This document shows, piece by piece, positions 51,827-64,000 of a DNA stretch of 64,000 nucleotides (position 1 is its first letter; each line of letters starts with the position of its first letter). Made by a program: the position numbers and the translations under genes. The notes under the pieces are model-generated. The model was given only the letters and a program-made list of their open reading frames with translations. It was not told the origin of the DNA and did no database searches. Origin of the DNA: Octopus sinensis (Eukaryota); contig NC_042997.1 in NCBI RefSeq assembly GCF_006345805.1, positions 1,736,001 through 1,800,000 on the forward strand, given 5' to 3'.

Positions 51827-54800
51827 TATATTGGATAAAATACAGAATAAGAAAGTGTTTTTGTACCACAAATTTTTCCATATCAACTACATTATGAGTA
51901 GGTAGTCAATGTGGATATGACTGTTCGCGATAATTACTCTTTGGGGTTGTTTATTGATATGCAATGTCGCCGAGATTCATTAACGAAAGAGAAGTATCCA
52001 TGATCTTCCTGTCTTTGTTGAATAATGTGATGGAAGGTTGCCATAAGTATTGTACGATACGATGATCAATTGCCGCACGTAAAGTATGGCGGTTATGTAG
52101 GTATTTGCCCAAACGATTTGGAATATCTAATGAATAAAAATCACAGCAACAGTAGCTTCCAGACGTTGCATTAATGCCACTGGAGCAAAGGAATTCTTAA
52201 TGAGATAATAGCATCTGCGATAAAACAAATGAAAGGAGCTGGATTATGAGTACTACATATTTCGCAATATTCTTCGATAATAAGCGCCAAACCATCATCT
52301 TGTAATAATGGAGAAAGAACGAAAATTAAGTGACGATGGCCAATAGCTTGTGAAAGCAAAAAAGGGGAAAACGCACAACTCGATAATCTAAATGAGAATT
52401 TAGAGAAGGAATCCATTTCTATTCATGTTGCAGTGAAGTTTTCAGATTTGTTGCGGAAAGGAACAGCTAGTTGAACTAATGAATGAAATGAAAGAATACA
52501 AAAGTATTTGCAATAAATTGTATGAAGTATGTAGAGCATTTGGGTTTCAAATTAATGGTGATTTGGCACTAGCATTAATGAATATATCTGAACTATGCTG
52601 TGCTACTCTTTTGTAATGTTGTCCCTGATATGAGATATTTTTTGCCTAGTCCGAAACAGCGGATGCTCAGCTACACTGTCTGATCTAGTGATATGGATTT
52701 GTTACATGTGATCTCTATTATGGAATACCTTTATTGAGTCTAGCCGGTGGACATCCGTACATTTGTAAATGAAACTAAAGGATTTCAGTACTATTGAAAT
52801 GTAAGCGTACTTTGTTTCAATTACTAATTTACATCATGTAATCTGGCAGCCACATAAAAGACTAGTTTTATTAAAGTTATCACCTTTGATTTTATTAATA
52901 TTGTTATAATCATTATCAGAAATCATTGTTATTATCAGAAACCAATGTTATTATCATGGTTGCATCGACAACAATGCACATTAGTTTCTTGTTTTATAAT
53001 ATTACTCTAGTGCTTGTAAATGTCTATTGATCAGATGAGGCTAATATCAAAATTTCTCTCGCAGCTTTCCAATGGCAGTCAGATTTCATATTAGTTACCA
53101 TTCTCTCAGTCTAGTCTGACAGGATATCTACTATGGAGAATTTCATTTGTACGTATATTTTTGGGTGGTTGCGTGGTTGTATTGAAATCATATTTTTATC
53201 TATATTTATACCTTTGCTGTAGCTGTTGTTTATGACGTTATTATATTTGTTGGTATATATTTTACTGCTGTTCACTTTGTTGCTGTTGTAGTTGTTGATA
53301 TTGACGTTGTAGTGGTTGTTGCTGTTGCTACTCTTGTTACTGCTTTTGTTATTCATGTTGCCTTAGCCTTAGGTAAGATTTTATCGAGAATATCTATGGT
53401 ATGATGGCAGACACTGGAACCATTATTGAAGCAGCATTTCAGTTGTCACCATAAGTTAATTGCTTTCTCACATAATATCTCCAGGACTGCATTATCAACG
53501 ATTTATTTCTTTCAAAAGACTTAAGGGCAGATTTTTAGAATGGTTTTGCCGTTGTTTTTATGTTTTATTATTTTGTAATTCTTAGGCCAACTGACATAAC
53601 GCGAAGCTATGATCATATGCATGCTAGCAGAAACATTCTATTTTTATTTATACTATCAGCGTTCGCTATATAAGAACCATGCAATGTATCTTGTACAAAG
53701 TATGCACAAGGTACATTTTTCAGCTATTTCAAAAACGCCTAGCAATACCTTAGACGTTGCAATACTTGTTAACTATATCATATCTTCAGAAAACGCCCTT
53801 TTCCTTCAAATGTCCTTTCTTTTCTCAATGAAACAACTCGTCTCACAGTAGTTCACTTCTTGTGTATAAGTTTGTATTTTTTGTTTGTGCGAAGCTGCGC
53901 CCACCCACATTCTCTCTCTCTTTCTACTATCACTTGAATCATGGACATTTTCTTCTCGCTGTTCTACTTCCTTTCTCATCTGGCCCTTGATTCGATCGGT
54001 AACATTTCTCCCTTTCCCCTTTTTTACCTTCAACACGGTTTGCTTCTTTTCAACGTTCATCTTCTTTTCGCATTTCGTTCTGATTTTCCACCTTTTTCCA
54101 TTGTTTGTTTCTGGTCGTATAGGACATTTTCTTTCGCGTTACTCATATACTGTCCTTGTCTTAAAGCTGTATGGCCTTTTTTGCATCATATATATTTTAT
54201 TTTATTTGTATTTTCTCATTTGCCTCATGTGTGTTTTCGGCACTGTCTCCAAAGTTATTTCGCTATTCCCGGCAGCTTCTCGCCGCTGGCGCTACCAAGG
54301 GAGAACACTATTATCGTCAAAGGAATGAAATTGTAAAGATGATTTGGACGATAAGTGACGAGGAAGTAGCAACGTCCCAGTTTGCGTGCGTGCTTTCTGT
54401 TTCTTTATTGTATTTCCATTTAAATTTTGGAACATGAATAAATGCTTTGGTTTTGTAATGGTATCTCATTATACTAAACAGTCATCTATTTCTTGCTTCT
54501 CAGTATCCTATTAGACACACTGCTGTTAGATCATTACTATATATTTTGCTGTACACCTACTCTCAAGCTAGATTCTGCATTTTTAGGAGTATTTCTCTCA
54601 GATCAATTCTTGTGAGAGCCTTTATAGATTTTACTTTATTTTATATAGAGACTATTATGTATATGTGTTCATATTTTCAGTCTTAATTTTAACACTGTGT
54701 TCGGCTTGTAATATTTAATTTTTAAGTAATTTTCCATGTAGGTATAATTTTCCATGTAGGCGTATTGTTATTGTTATTGCAATTATACTAAATTATATCA

Positions 54801-54928
54801 GTGTAACTTGATGCAATCTCAAAAACATGCCTCCTCACTAGTAAGCATCATTAGATGATGGCCAGCATAATGGAATGGAATAGGAGCTTTATTTTCATAT
54901 TCGAAACGTTACCATAAACAAATTTAAA

Positions 54929-54966
<38 letters not shown>

Positions 54967-54967
54967 T

Positions 54968-54999
<32 letters not shown>

Positions 55000-55199
55000 G
55001 TAAATCCCTAAAGAGAAGAACAAACAAAAGAAAAAAGCAACAACGCGAGGACGTGGTCCATATAATATATTAGGGGACGCTGAGGGAATGGAAGAAACAT
55101 TGTTTAACGTTTCGAGCAACGATTTTCTTCAGAAACAGAGAGAAGTCAAATAGGAAAGGAAGACGGGGGTACAAAATCGCCAACAACACACATGTGGCT
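55000..55199 (-). mobile_element. PLE pseudo-LTR-like fragment with minimal hammerhead relic
   Basis: Minus strand 55101-55137 reads tgttt CTGAAGA a aatc-gtt-gctc GAAA cg TT aaaca. Stem I and core are perfect; stem II has decayed. Abuts (TA)n. Confidence 0.65.
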
Positions 55200-55899
55200 A
55201 TAATTGTAAGTCACTAGTTTGAAGACAATTTTGATTATAACATGAGATATTTTTGTTTTTGCGTTTTCTTGTTAAAATTTACTTATTTCTTCAACAAACA
55301 TGCCTATGACATTTCTCATTTTGTGAAACGAATGTAATGTACAATACTTGCCTTTTCTTCTTTAGATCTATTTGTTTGAAGGATATTGCTATGTATTATA
55401 GGTTCGACCTATATTTTCTTCGATAATGTCATGGTAACTGATTTAATCCAGTGTTTACCCTATTCATGATTGTATCAGTTTTGGGGTATTACATCCTCTG
55501 TATGTTTGTTTACATGCAGTTTGAGAGGTATTTCCTTTTATTGACCTGGGTAGGTTAGAGTTATAGGCAATTGTTTTTTGTTATATTTCTGCTATATTTT
55601 CCTTTTGTTAATCTGCTGAATCTTGTGAATTATATGGTTTTATTATCTTTATTGCTATGCATGCTGTGCGAGTGTTGTTGACAAGTGTTTGCATGATTGC
55701 TTGCGTGTGTCATAATTGTCATCATTTATTTTTTCTTCTATTTTGTTTCATGTTGTATGGTGTCGGAGTTTTATGCTATGCAGGCGCCATTTTGATACTT
55801 TCATTGGTTCCTGGAATACGATCTTTGTGTAAGTGTTTTGTTGGTTTGCTTTATTTGGAGTGTATTAATTCTTATATTCTTATTTTGAAGCAGTTTTAT

Positions 55900-56600
55900 T
55901 TACTAGGGATATGTATACATTCCCCAATAAATATAGATTTTTTTTCCACCAGATCTCATAGATCAATATTATGGTTTTTGTGTCTATTGGGTAGGAAATA
56001 GATGTTAATAATGTGTGTACAATTTCTAGGAAGTGGTCTTTGATCCATCGATTTCTTCTCGTTTATTTGGATTTTCACAGCCGCTGACAGTAGAAACAAG
56101 CCTTTGTGTTTTGAGTAAAACAGATTAGAGAACACAGCTTGGGGAACACAGCTCTATGTACTTTGTTGCCTGATAATTTTAAACTAAAAGAGCAACATTC
56201 CTTAGAGATAAAATAAAGACGAAACAAAATATTTCTTTTCTATCATTGTTTGTTTTTATCAGTGTTTATTTTCTGACCTTCTGAAAATGTTTTGAAATAA
56301 TATTTGTTTTGTGATATGTGCAATTGTCTCTATAACTGTGTGTATAAGTTCTGTAGTCTTAGGTGTTATGTTCCTGTTCCTATATTCGAGTGATTCAATT
56401 GAGTTTATGCCTCTTTTGGAAGGTAATTATATATTTGTAACTTCAATATATTTCATCTAAACTTTAGTCGTGATATTATCTCAATATTTTTTAAAAATCT
56501 CTTTTGTAAACATATTTGGCAATATCGATATAGCTTTATATATTTTGGAGTTTCGCCCGTTCAATACTCTACAATTGAAGTTTCCCCTTACATTTGCTGT
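55900..56600 (-). mobile_element. Possible very old LINE reverse-transcriptase relic
   Basis: A-rich minus strand with IYKAISILPNMFTKEIFKK (resembles NYRPISLL..SKIFEK) near 56540 and VPQ(G)CVL..NLF (resembles GVPQGSVLSP.LF) near 56140, in the correct order. Confidence 0.4.
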
Positions 56601-58063
56601 TGGTGCTCAATTAGTTTGTATTTAAATTTTATTTATATTCATTCATATCATAGTCCTTCATAAAATACATTTTAGTTTGGTGCTGACATAAACGCTTTAC
56701 CCACTTCTTGGCGGTTACTTTTACTCAATATCGGTAGCATTCTCACGATCGAATGAAGATTATATTCGACTTTAATGAGTTTTTATTGTCTTACATTTCC
56801 TCTTCTTTTCTTTCTTTCATATAGATTTAAGGATTGATATATATTTTGATCTGAGTTTAACACGTTCTTTCTTTCTGTCTTGTTATTTTAATATAACTGT
56901 ATTTGTAGGTCAAAAATATTACATGTTTCTATCTTATCACAATGGCTGCTGCAAATATAAGTTTAGTGATTTCGAAGATTGCGTATGTTTTTACTAAGTT
57001 ATGATGTAGAAAATAACGTATTTTACTATGGTTACTATGGTTACTATTGTTTTAATATCTTATTGCTCGGCAGACATTTGATTTGTAAGTTGAAAGATAT
57101 ACAGTTTTATTTTTATAACACATGTTCGATTTTATTAGTTCAAACATAGTCAAAATTTCTAGACCTAGAAATTTTCATTGTGAAAACTATACAATATTAT
57201 CAAATATTTGCATATCTCATTGTTATGTTCCGATTCGAACATTGTTGGTTCGTATTCAGTATGGTTTCCCGGCTAGGAATTGCTGTATTTCTGATTTACT
57301 GCGTAATGCTTGCGTTTGGTTAGACATTTCAACGTTTACGTTCCAGACATCTCTATTATAATTGTGCTATTTAAGGTCTGTGTGTAAATCTGTGTCAAGG
57401 TTTTGTTACAAAACTCCTCCGCAACCACTGGACCTGTTTTCACCAAATTTGGCATGGGGAACCGTGAACACCGGGACAGCGTCCACATCTATATTGGGAT
57501 TCCCGAAAATTAAACGGTACGCTTCCATTCTGAGGGGACCGCATTCAAATACTAAGTGTATGTGAAACCGATCCCTGTGGCCTCTTTGCTTCTGCTTAAC
57601 CGACTTTGACCAAATTTGACATGGGGAACCGTGGGTACCCGGAGAGTGTCAACATCGGTATGGGATTCACGATTATTAACCGGTCCGGTTCCAGTCTGGT
57701 AATTGCGATAAAACGAACTAATCCTCCCTCACTACTCAATGATTCACCTACTATTCCTCATGTTTACTACCTCTTTCTCTTATTGAAAGCTGTAGTGTGA
57801 GGAATGGTAATTGGCAGAATTGCATACAATGCTACTTCTCATGACTCAATCTCTCCCTTCTACATATTTACTACGTCTCTTAACTCACTCTGTCTTAACC
57901 AGTTGCGCTCTTTTCCGTGTCTCCTTCGATATTACTTTGATGTCTCTCTCTCCCTCCCACACACATACACACATACAAATATAAATATAAATATATATAT
58001 ATATATAATATATATATATATACATACTTATACACACACTACACACACACACACACACACACA

Positions 58064-58119
<56 letters not shown>

Positions 58120-58121
<2 letters not shown>

Positions 58122-58415
58122 GTAAAGACCCCCTTCGGTCATGAATGACCATGGGATTGCACCTAAAAAGTTACCCTCCTAGACACAAGTCCGGGCAAGG
58201 TTGTTTATGGAAGGCCTGCAGTCGCCCATGCATACCGGCCTCCCCTCTCCATGCCACCAGTGTTATCCAAGGGAAAGACAAAGGTCGATACAGCTTGGCA
58301 CCAGTGACGTCGCAACTCATTTCTACAGCTGAGTGAACTGGAGCAACGTGAAATAAAGTGCCTTGCTCGAGAACACAACACGCAGCCCGGTCCGGGATTC
58401 GAGCTCACAACCTCA
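58120..58415 (-). mobile_element. 5'-truncated SINE (head B + tail Z) nested in the Helitron
   Basis: Minus strand gagctcgaatccc...gagcaaggcactttatttcacgttgctccagttcactcagctg...aaatgagttg matches 6680-6772, then diverges. Flanked by (TA)n. Confidence 0.88.
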
Positions 58416-58612
58416 TATATATATATACACACGTATTGAAGTCACTCTCTCAAGCAATGTTACCTCTCATAACTCTAGTTCTCTCTTTCTTTCTCTCTCA
58501 CACACACACACTCTTTCTCTCCCACATACATATATACTACTTGCGTTCTTTCAAATGCTTCTATCAGTGTCATTTTGACAAAAAAAAAACACATAAAAAC
58601 ACTGTTATTCTT

Positions 58613-59083
58613 CGGTAAAAATTACAATTACGCCATACTTGCTAAACACTCTCGTAAAGTGCTATTTTTGTATTATTGAATTTCTCTAAACGAATTTGAC
58701 CATGACAATTTTGGAGATTTAGTATTTTTTAAAATAATAATACAATTTGTCGGACCTATTTTGATGCCGTCGGCCGTCGGTGTTATCGTTATACCTGTTT
58801 ACGCCATTGTGTGTATGAATATGTTTTTGAATGTACTTTTGTCTGAAGTTTAACGCATGCGTAGAATTCTGAAATAGCAGGCGTAACAAAAATATGTAAC
58901 ATTCGGAAACTTTGTATATTCGACTGTATGAAAATAGGTTCGAATAATTTTATTATTACCTTAAAAAATACTAAATTTCCGACATTTTTATGGTCAAATT
59001 CGGTTAGTGCAATTCATCAACATAAAAATCTCACTTTAAAATAATAGGATTAACAATAGTGGTGTAATTGTAAATATATACCC
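58613..59083. mobile_element. MITE / foldback element with ~160-bp imperfect terminal inverted repeats
   Basis: 58613-58773 aligns with the reverse complement of 58920-59083 (e.g. ttacaattac.cca, cgaatttgaccat, atttagtattttttaa, acctatttt). No clear TSD. Confidence 0.8.
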
Positions 59084-59249
59084 ATTGTAAATATTTGCAA
59101 TAAATACCATGAAATCTTCCTGTTCAGAGAAATTAACTCAAATACTAGCTGAATCGTCCAAAAACTTTCACTATATATTTGTCATATATATTCACGCTTT
59201 CAAAAGTACACTATGCCCGGAAAAGGCAACAACCTGTCCCGAAAATTTC

Positions 59250-62200
59250 CCGTTCAAAAAAGATCACTGTGCAAAGACAACAGACGCTAAGTGAAGAAAA
59301 CAGATAAGGACATAGCTCTTCTCAGTATCCAGAAATAAAGCGATGGAGAATGCAAGAAACCCAGGCAATGGTAATACCAGAAGAAGCAGAGGCATGGAGA
59401 AATGCAGATCGGCTGATGAGACAGGTGACATGTGCAATGGAAAGACCAGAATATTCAGAAGCACGGAGGAATGCGAATCAAATGAGAACCCAGGAAACCC
59501 GGGCAATGGAAAGAGGAATACTGATCGGCTGAGGAAGCAGGACTCTAGAGAAAACATATCACTGCCACAAATTCGGCAGCGAAAAGCAAACAAACAACTA
59601 GGCACGATACCAATCGAAACTTCGTCACCAAAGAACTGACACTGAGAGAACAGCTATGTAAGTTGATGTGGCATATTTTCATGAGAAAGAATGAAACCCA
59701 AGCCTTATGTTGTACTACTGTGGAAACATTTTTAACAGAACATGCCCTGACTGCAAAGCTTACCTTTGGAGGCTCCTGAGAAAGTTACCTTCTGATGTAG
59801 CAAAGGTAAAACTAGCAATGACAAAATTCTACAGATACAAAAAGCCCCCAGAATTAATAACTAAGTTCTATGATGTTAATCTCTGCAGTCACTTAGACTG
59901 GATTATCCACCAGTTGAACTACCGGGTGGTAGAACTTTTATGCTAACTTTCAAGATTCAAGAATAGTTGTACCACCGCATAGGCTGTCCCTACTAGCAGT
60001 AAATAGGAAGCCCATCTATGCACAGCTCTATTTCGTTGACGCTGAAAATGAAATGAGAAAGAGTCTGTCATTTAGAGGAGCTGACAATGACCCTGACGAC
60101 AACATCCTGCTAGACTTGCAGAGAGTACTGCAAATGCACAATCCGTATGTCAAAAGTTTTAAACAGGCTGTTGATATAATTAAGGAATACTCTGCACCAG
60201 GAAAAGTTTATACCGACGATATTATCATAATTGATGACAAACGGCTTATTCCTGCTGGGTCACATGTGAGAACCTATAGTCTATTAACTGCATCAGACGT
60301 TGCTGTGATTATGCTGGGAATGATACCAATAATCCAAACATTAAACCTCTGGATATTGTTGTGCAGTACAGAGAGAGCAATGGGAAGTTAGACTACATTA
60401 ATCAAATCCACAGAAGTTATGACCCTTTTTATTATGTACTTCTTTTTCCCTATAGGTACAATGGCTGGAATGTGCTCTTGACGGACAATGAGCGAAGCAA
60501 AAACAGTGATGAAAAGTACCAGGGTTTTCTGGATGCCATTGCAAATGGTAACACGAATGGCCTTGGGTAGGTTCTAAAATCATTCCTCTGCCATCACATA
60601 CTGGTTGTTCTCGGTTTTACAGGGTGTGTTTACAAGATGGTACGGCTCTGGTGAGAAAGTTTGGAAAGCCAGGATATTTCATCACTATGACAACAAATAC
60701 AAAGTTGACTGAGATATTGGAAGCCCTGTTTGAAGGTGAACAAACACAGAATCGACCTGATATTACAGCTATACTGTTTAAAATGAAGTACGGCTCCCTG
60801 AAATAAGATCCATTAAAGATGGGGAAAAATAGTAGAACATGTCTCAACAATTGAATGGCATAAGAGAGGTCTTCCCATGTCCAACTATTGCTCTCTATGG
60901 CTGCTTCAGATAAGCCAAGAACGTCAGAAATCATTGATCGATTTGTATGTGCGGAGATACTAGATAAGGATACGAATCTAGAACTATTGGATATTGTTGT
61001 AAAAAACAACGTTCACAGGCAATGTGGATGCCATAGTCCAAATAGTTCATACATGGATTGTGATCCACCAAAACCCAAAAACCATTCCCAAACAATGCAG
61101 ACGTACCACATTTGTGAGTGAAGAGTACAATCCAGAATACAGAAGTCGGTCACCAGCCTCTGGAGGCAGGCTACACATTAGAACTACTCGGATATCTGCT
61201 GAAGTAGAAAATACATCATAGTGCCATACAAACCGTTCCTATTCGATACAACTGCCATCTAAATGTTGACGCTTTGCACGCTGTTCTGGCGGTGAAATAA
61301 CTTTTCAGGTACCTCCCTAAAGGATCTGGTAGAGTCACTGTTGAAATCCGGCCCTAGTACTGAGAAATCAATTGGAATACCAGAAGTATTAAAGTGGTTG
61401 ACAATGAAATTGACACTTACCAAAATGCAAGATACATCACGTGTTTTGAGGGAATTTGGAAGATATTCAAATTTCCAATCCATTCCAGGCAACCCACTTT
61501 CATAAATCTTTCATGCCCTTTGAAAATTCATGATCTCTTACTTTTGATGATGAGCTGCCCGAAAATCTTCAGCTTGCTGCAAAAATAACTTTTTGTTATT
61601 CAATTAAATGAATATGACTCAGACGCCAGAGGCAAGCTATATACTGAAAATCGAAGGTATTACACTTAGAATAAAAACGAGAAGCGGTAAAAGAGGGAAA
61701 GGGAACAATCATGGAAGATGGCAACTATGAAACCAGTACTATTGGTCGCCTCCCCATTGTCGCTTACAATGTCCGGCAGATGCTACATTGTCGCTTACAA
61801 TGTCCGGCAGATGCTACATCACGTCAAAGTTCCCCAATCATACGCTGAATTACGGAATGTAAATGGTGATCTATCTTTCAACTAGGAAGACGTCAGAAAT
61901 AGGTGAATACAACATATCTATTCCTCCACCGCATTTGATTGACTCTACAAAGCTACAAGACCTTTGTGAAGTGGTATTCAGGGCTTTTGATAAGAGATAT
62001 AGAGAGGGACTATGGATGAACTGCAGATTCGTCAATATTCCTACAAGCAAGGCTGCTGAAGAAGTGAATACACTTGTCATGCCGAAACTAGTACAAGGGG
62101 ATAGTAAAACTTATTCGAAGCTGTAAAAATTTACCCGAAAATACGCCTAAGTTCCCACTGGAACTGATCTATGATCTCAATCCATCACGTTTTGGTTTTG

Positions 62201-62625
62201 GAGAAGCCCTCTTCTATTATGCTGCTCAGAAACCTTGATCCAGCAGGAGGTCATTGCAACGGAACAATACGTATAGTCTTGAATCTGCACAACCACCTTA
62301 TTGAAGCAGAAGTTGCCAATGAAACACATGCTGGAACCTTAATAACGGTACCATGAATTCCACTGACCATCACTGAAGACTATTCGTTCTCATTTTCCAG
62401 GAAGCAGTTTCTCGTGAAGCCGGCTTTTGGAATGATATCCAAAAAATCCCAGGGCCAGGCCTTAGAGAAAGTTGGAATTTACCTGCTAATACCCATGTTC
62501 AACCATGGCCAGTTCTATGTTGCCAACAGCAGGGTTGGATCTAGAAACAATATGCATATATTAGACTCAGAGTATTAGGTTTCAAATATTACTTTCAAAC
62601 TACGAACAGTAGTATAGATATGTAT
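59250..62625 (+). pseudogene. Helitron Rep/Helicase pseudogene
   Basis: IYAQLYFVD (60014), HNPYVKSFK, HRSYDPFYYVLLFP, FGKPGYFITMTTN, TIEWHKRGLP/HV (HUH, ~60847), K*LFRYLPKG (~61295), NEIDTYQNARYI..EGIWKIF, MLLRNLDPAGGHCNGT, RKQFLVKPAFGMISKKSQGQ..HGQFYVANSRV. Many stops and frameshifts. Confidence 0.95.
61755..61819. repeat. 31-bp perfect tandem duplication
   Basis: cattgtcgcttacaatgtccggcagatgcta x2 + cat. Confidence 0.95.
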
Positions 62626-62769
62626 TATCAGAATCGACTGCCCGGAGAGTGGTGGTTCAGCTAGTGTATATGAATGTAACAAAATCAACATGTGAATGAA
62701 TGCGGGTGAATATGCATGTGTGTGTATACACACATAAGCGCGTGTGTGTGCGTGTACACACATAGGCAT

Positions 62770-62935
62770 GTATGTGTGTCTATTTGTCCCTGTTTGTCCT
62801 GCACCACCGTTTGATAAATGATGTTAGCGTGATTACAACCTGGCAAATAAGTCCGCAGATCGATTTCTTCGACATCAATGCAGTGCCCCAGCTTAGCCGC
62901 AGTCAAATAACTGAAGCAAGTAAACGACAAATAAT
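62770..62935 (+). mobile_element. 3' half of SINE family D including its LINE-like tail
   Basis: tgtttgtcc..caccaccgtttgataa...aataagtcc...gatcgatttcttcgac...gcagtgccccagcttagccgcagtcaaataactgaagcaag. Confidence 0.7.
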
Positions 62936-62989
62936 AATATATACCTACACACACACACACACACACACACGCACATATATATATATATA

Positions 62990-63385
62990 TATATCTGGAA
63001 TCCCTGGAAGGAATTGTGCCAAATTTTGGCATTGAAAGCTACACCAATACCAGAACGGGACGACGCTGCATAGTGCCAAAGATCACAGCAACACCACCGC
63101 ACTTCAGTACCAGTTACTGCAACAGCCAGAGTTTCAGGGGCCCACAACCTTTTATTAAGAGCCTGAGGAACCTGCACAAAGTAGATGTAGGTATTTTAAA
63201 ATCAAAGTTGCACCTCTTCCTGTCGAGAGTTCTAGATGAACCTACCTCACGGCAAGAGGCGCAAATGAGGGTACCTACATAAAACACCATTCTTCACTGA
63301 GTACCACATATTAGAGGAGGCTCTCAGTAATAACAGTGTAGCAAAACGGCTGTGCATCAGCATGACCTCAACTCTGAATGGAAAG
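62990..63385 (+). mobile_element. CR1-group LINE 3' end
   Basis: LEGIVPNFGIESYTNTRTGRRCIVPKI...SFRGPQPF..LRNLHKVDVGILKSKLHLFLSRVLDEPT is typical of the ORF2 C-terminus; homologous to 39600-39880. Confidence 0.82.
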
Positions 63386-63402
63386 TACAGTATATATATC
63401 TA

Positions 63403-63452
<50 letters not shown>

Positions 63453-63534
63453 ATATATATACATACATACAAATACATACATACATATATATATACATAA
63501 ATATACTATATATGCATACATATATATAAATAAA

Positions 63535-63569
<35 letters not shown>

Positions 63570-63689
63570 TATATAGATAGATAGATAGATATATAGATAG
63601 ATAGATAGATAGATATAGATAGATAGATAGATATATAGATAGATAGATAATAGATAAGTGGATACACCCCGCACACACACACACATATA

Positions 63690-63827
63690 TACGGCGGGAT
63701 CCATTCACAAGTGTTTGGTCGACCCGAGGCTAGAGTAGAACACACTTACTCAAGGTGCCATGTAGTGAGACTGAACCCCGAACCATGTGGTTGTTTAGCA
63801 AGATACTTACCTCATAGACGCTCCTGC
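63690..63827 (-). mobile_element. 5' half of SINE family D
   Basis: Minus strand gcaggag...ggtaagtatcttgctaaacaaccacatggttcggggttcagtctcact...cgggtcgaccaaa.acttgtga.tggat matches 26618-26700. Confidence 0.85.
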
Positions 63828-64000
63828 ATATATATATATATAACAATAAGTAGCATAATTCACTAAGTAATGCTATTTAATCGGCTATTATTCGTAGTGT
63901 CATTGAAAGCATTATCCCCTGTTACTTATGTTCTTGTGTGGGTAGATAGTGTCGACTCGTGATTATTTACTACACGTCTTTGGTGGAGCGCAGGAAGGCC

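Larger units (their letters stand above)
57350..62664 (+). mobile_element. Decayed formerly autonomous Helitron with both termini
   Basis: 5' A|TCtctattataa at 57349/57350 with duplicated subterminal ccaaatttg(g/a)catggggaaccgtg blocks. Rep/Hel pseudogene inside. 3' decayed hairpin followed by CTAG|T at 62661-62665. Linking the two ends into one element is an inference. Confidence 0.75.

Noticed and set aside
53806-54437. Overlapping 84-147 aa ORFs
   Set aside because: Pyrimidine-rich low-complexity sequence with no recognisable domain; could be a decayed LINE ORF1 but this cannot be supported.

Overview
This is AT-rich, microsatellite-dense eukaryotic DNA with no recognisable intact host gene. 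The repeat landscape looks like an Octopus-type cephalopod genome (inference from the SINE families and (TA)n/(CA)n/(TATC)n density). Nearly all long ORFs in the track are microsatellite read-throughs. The window is a transposon graveyard. It holds about 15 tRNA-derived SINE copies built from shuffled head/tail modules, several with target-site duplications. It also holds a ~5.3 kb decayed Helitron with both termini and a nested SINE and MITE, a second Helitron helicase relic, an intact ~385 bp non-autonomous Helitron, two Tc1/mariner relics, two CR1-type LINE 3' ends, and a Penelope-like (PLE) GIY-YIG endonuclease relic. The most notable signal is a set of at least 5 sequence-unrelated short elements carrying type I hammerhead ribozyme (HHR) folds, usually embedded in microsatellites. 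One is a ~1 kb inverted-plus-tandem structure (25241-26263) with an HHR on each strand, one has a perfect core (36078-36133), and one family has a non-canonical CUGUUGA core in both copies. A 1 kb and a 0.27 kb tandem duplication may be assembly artefacts. All calls are by eye; no database search was run.
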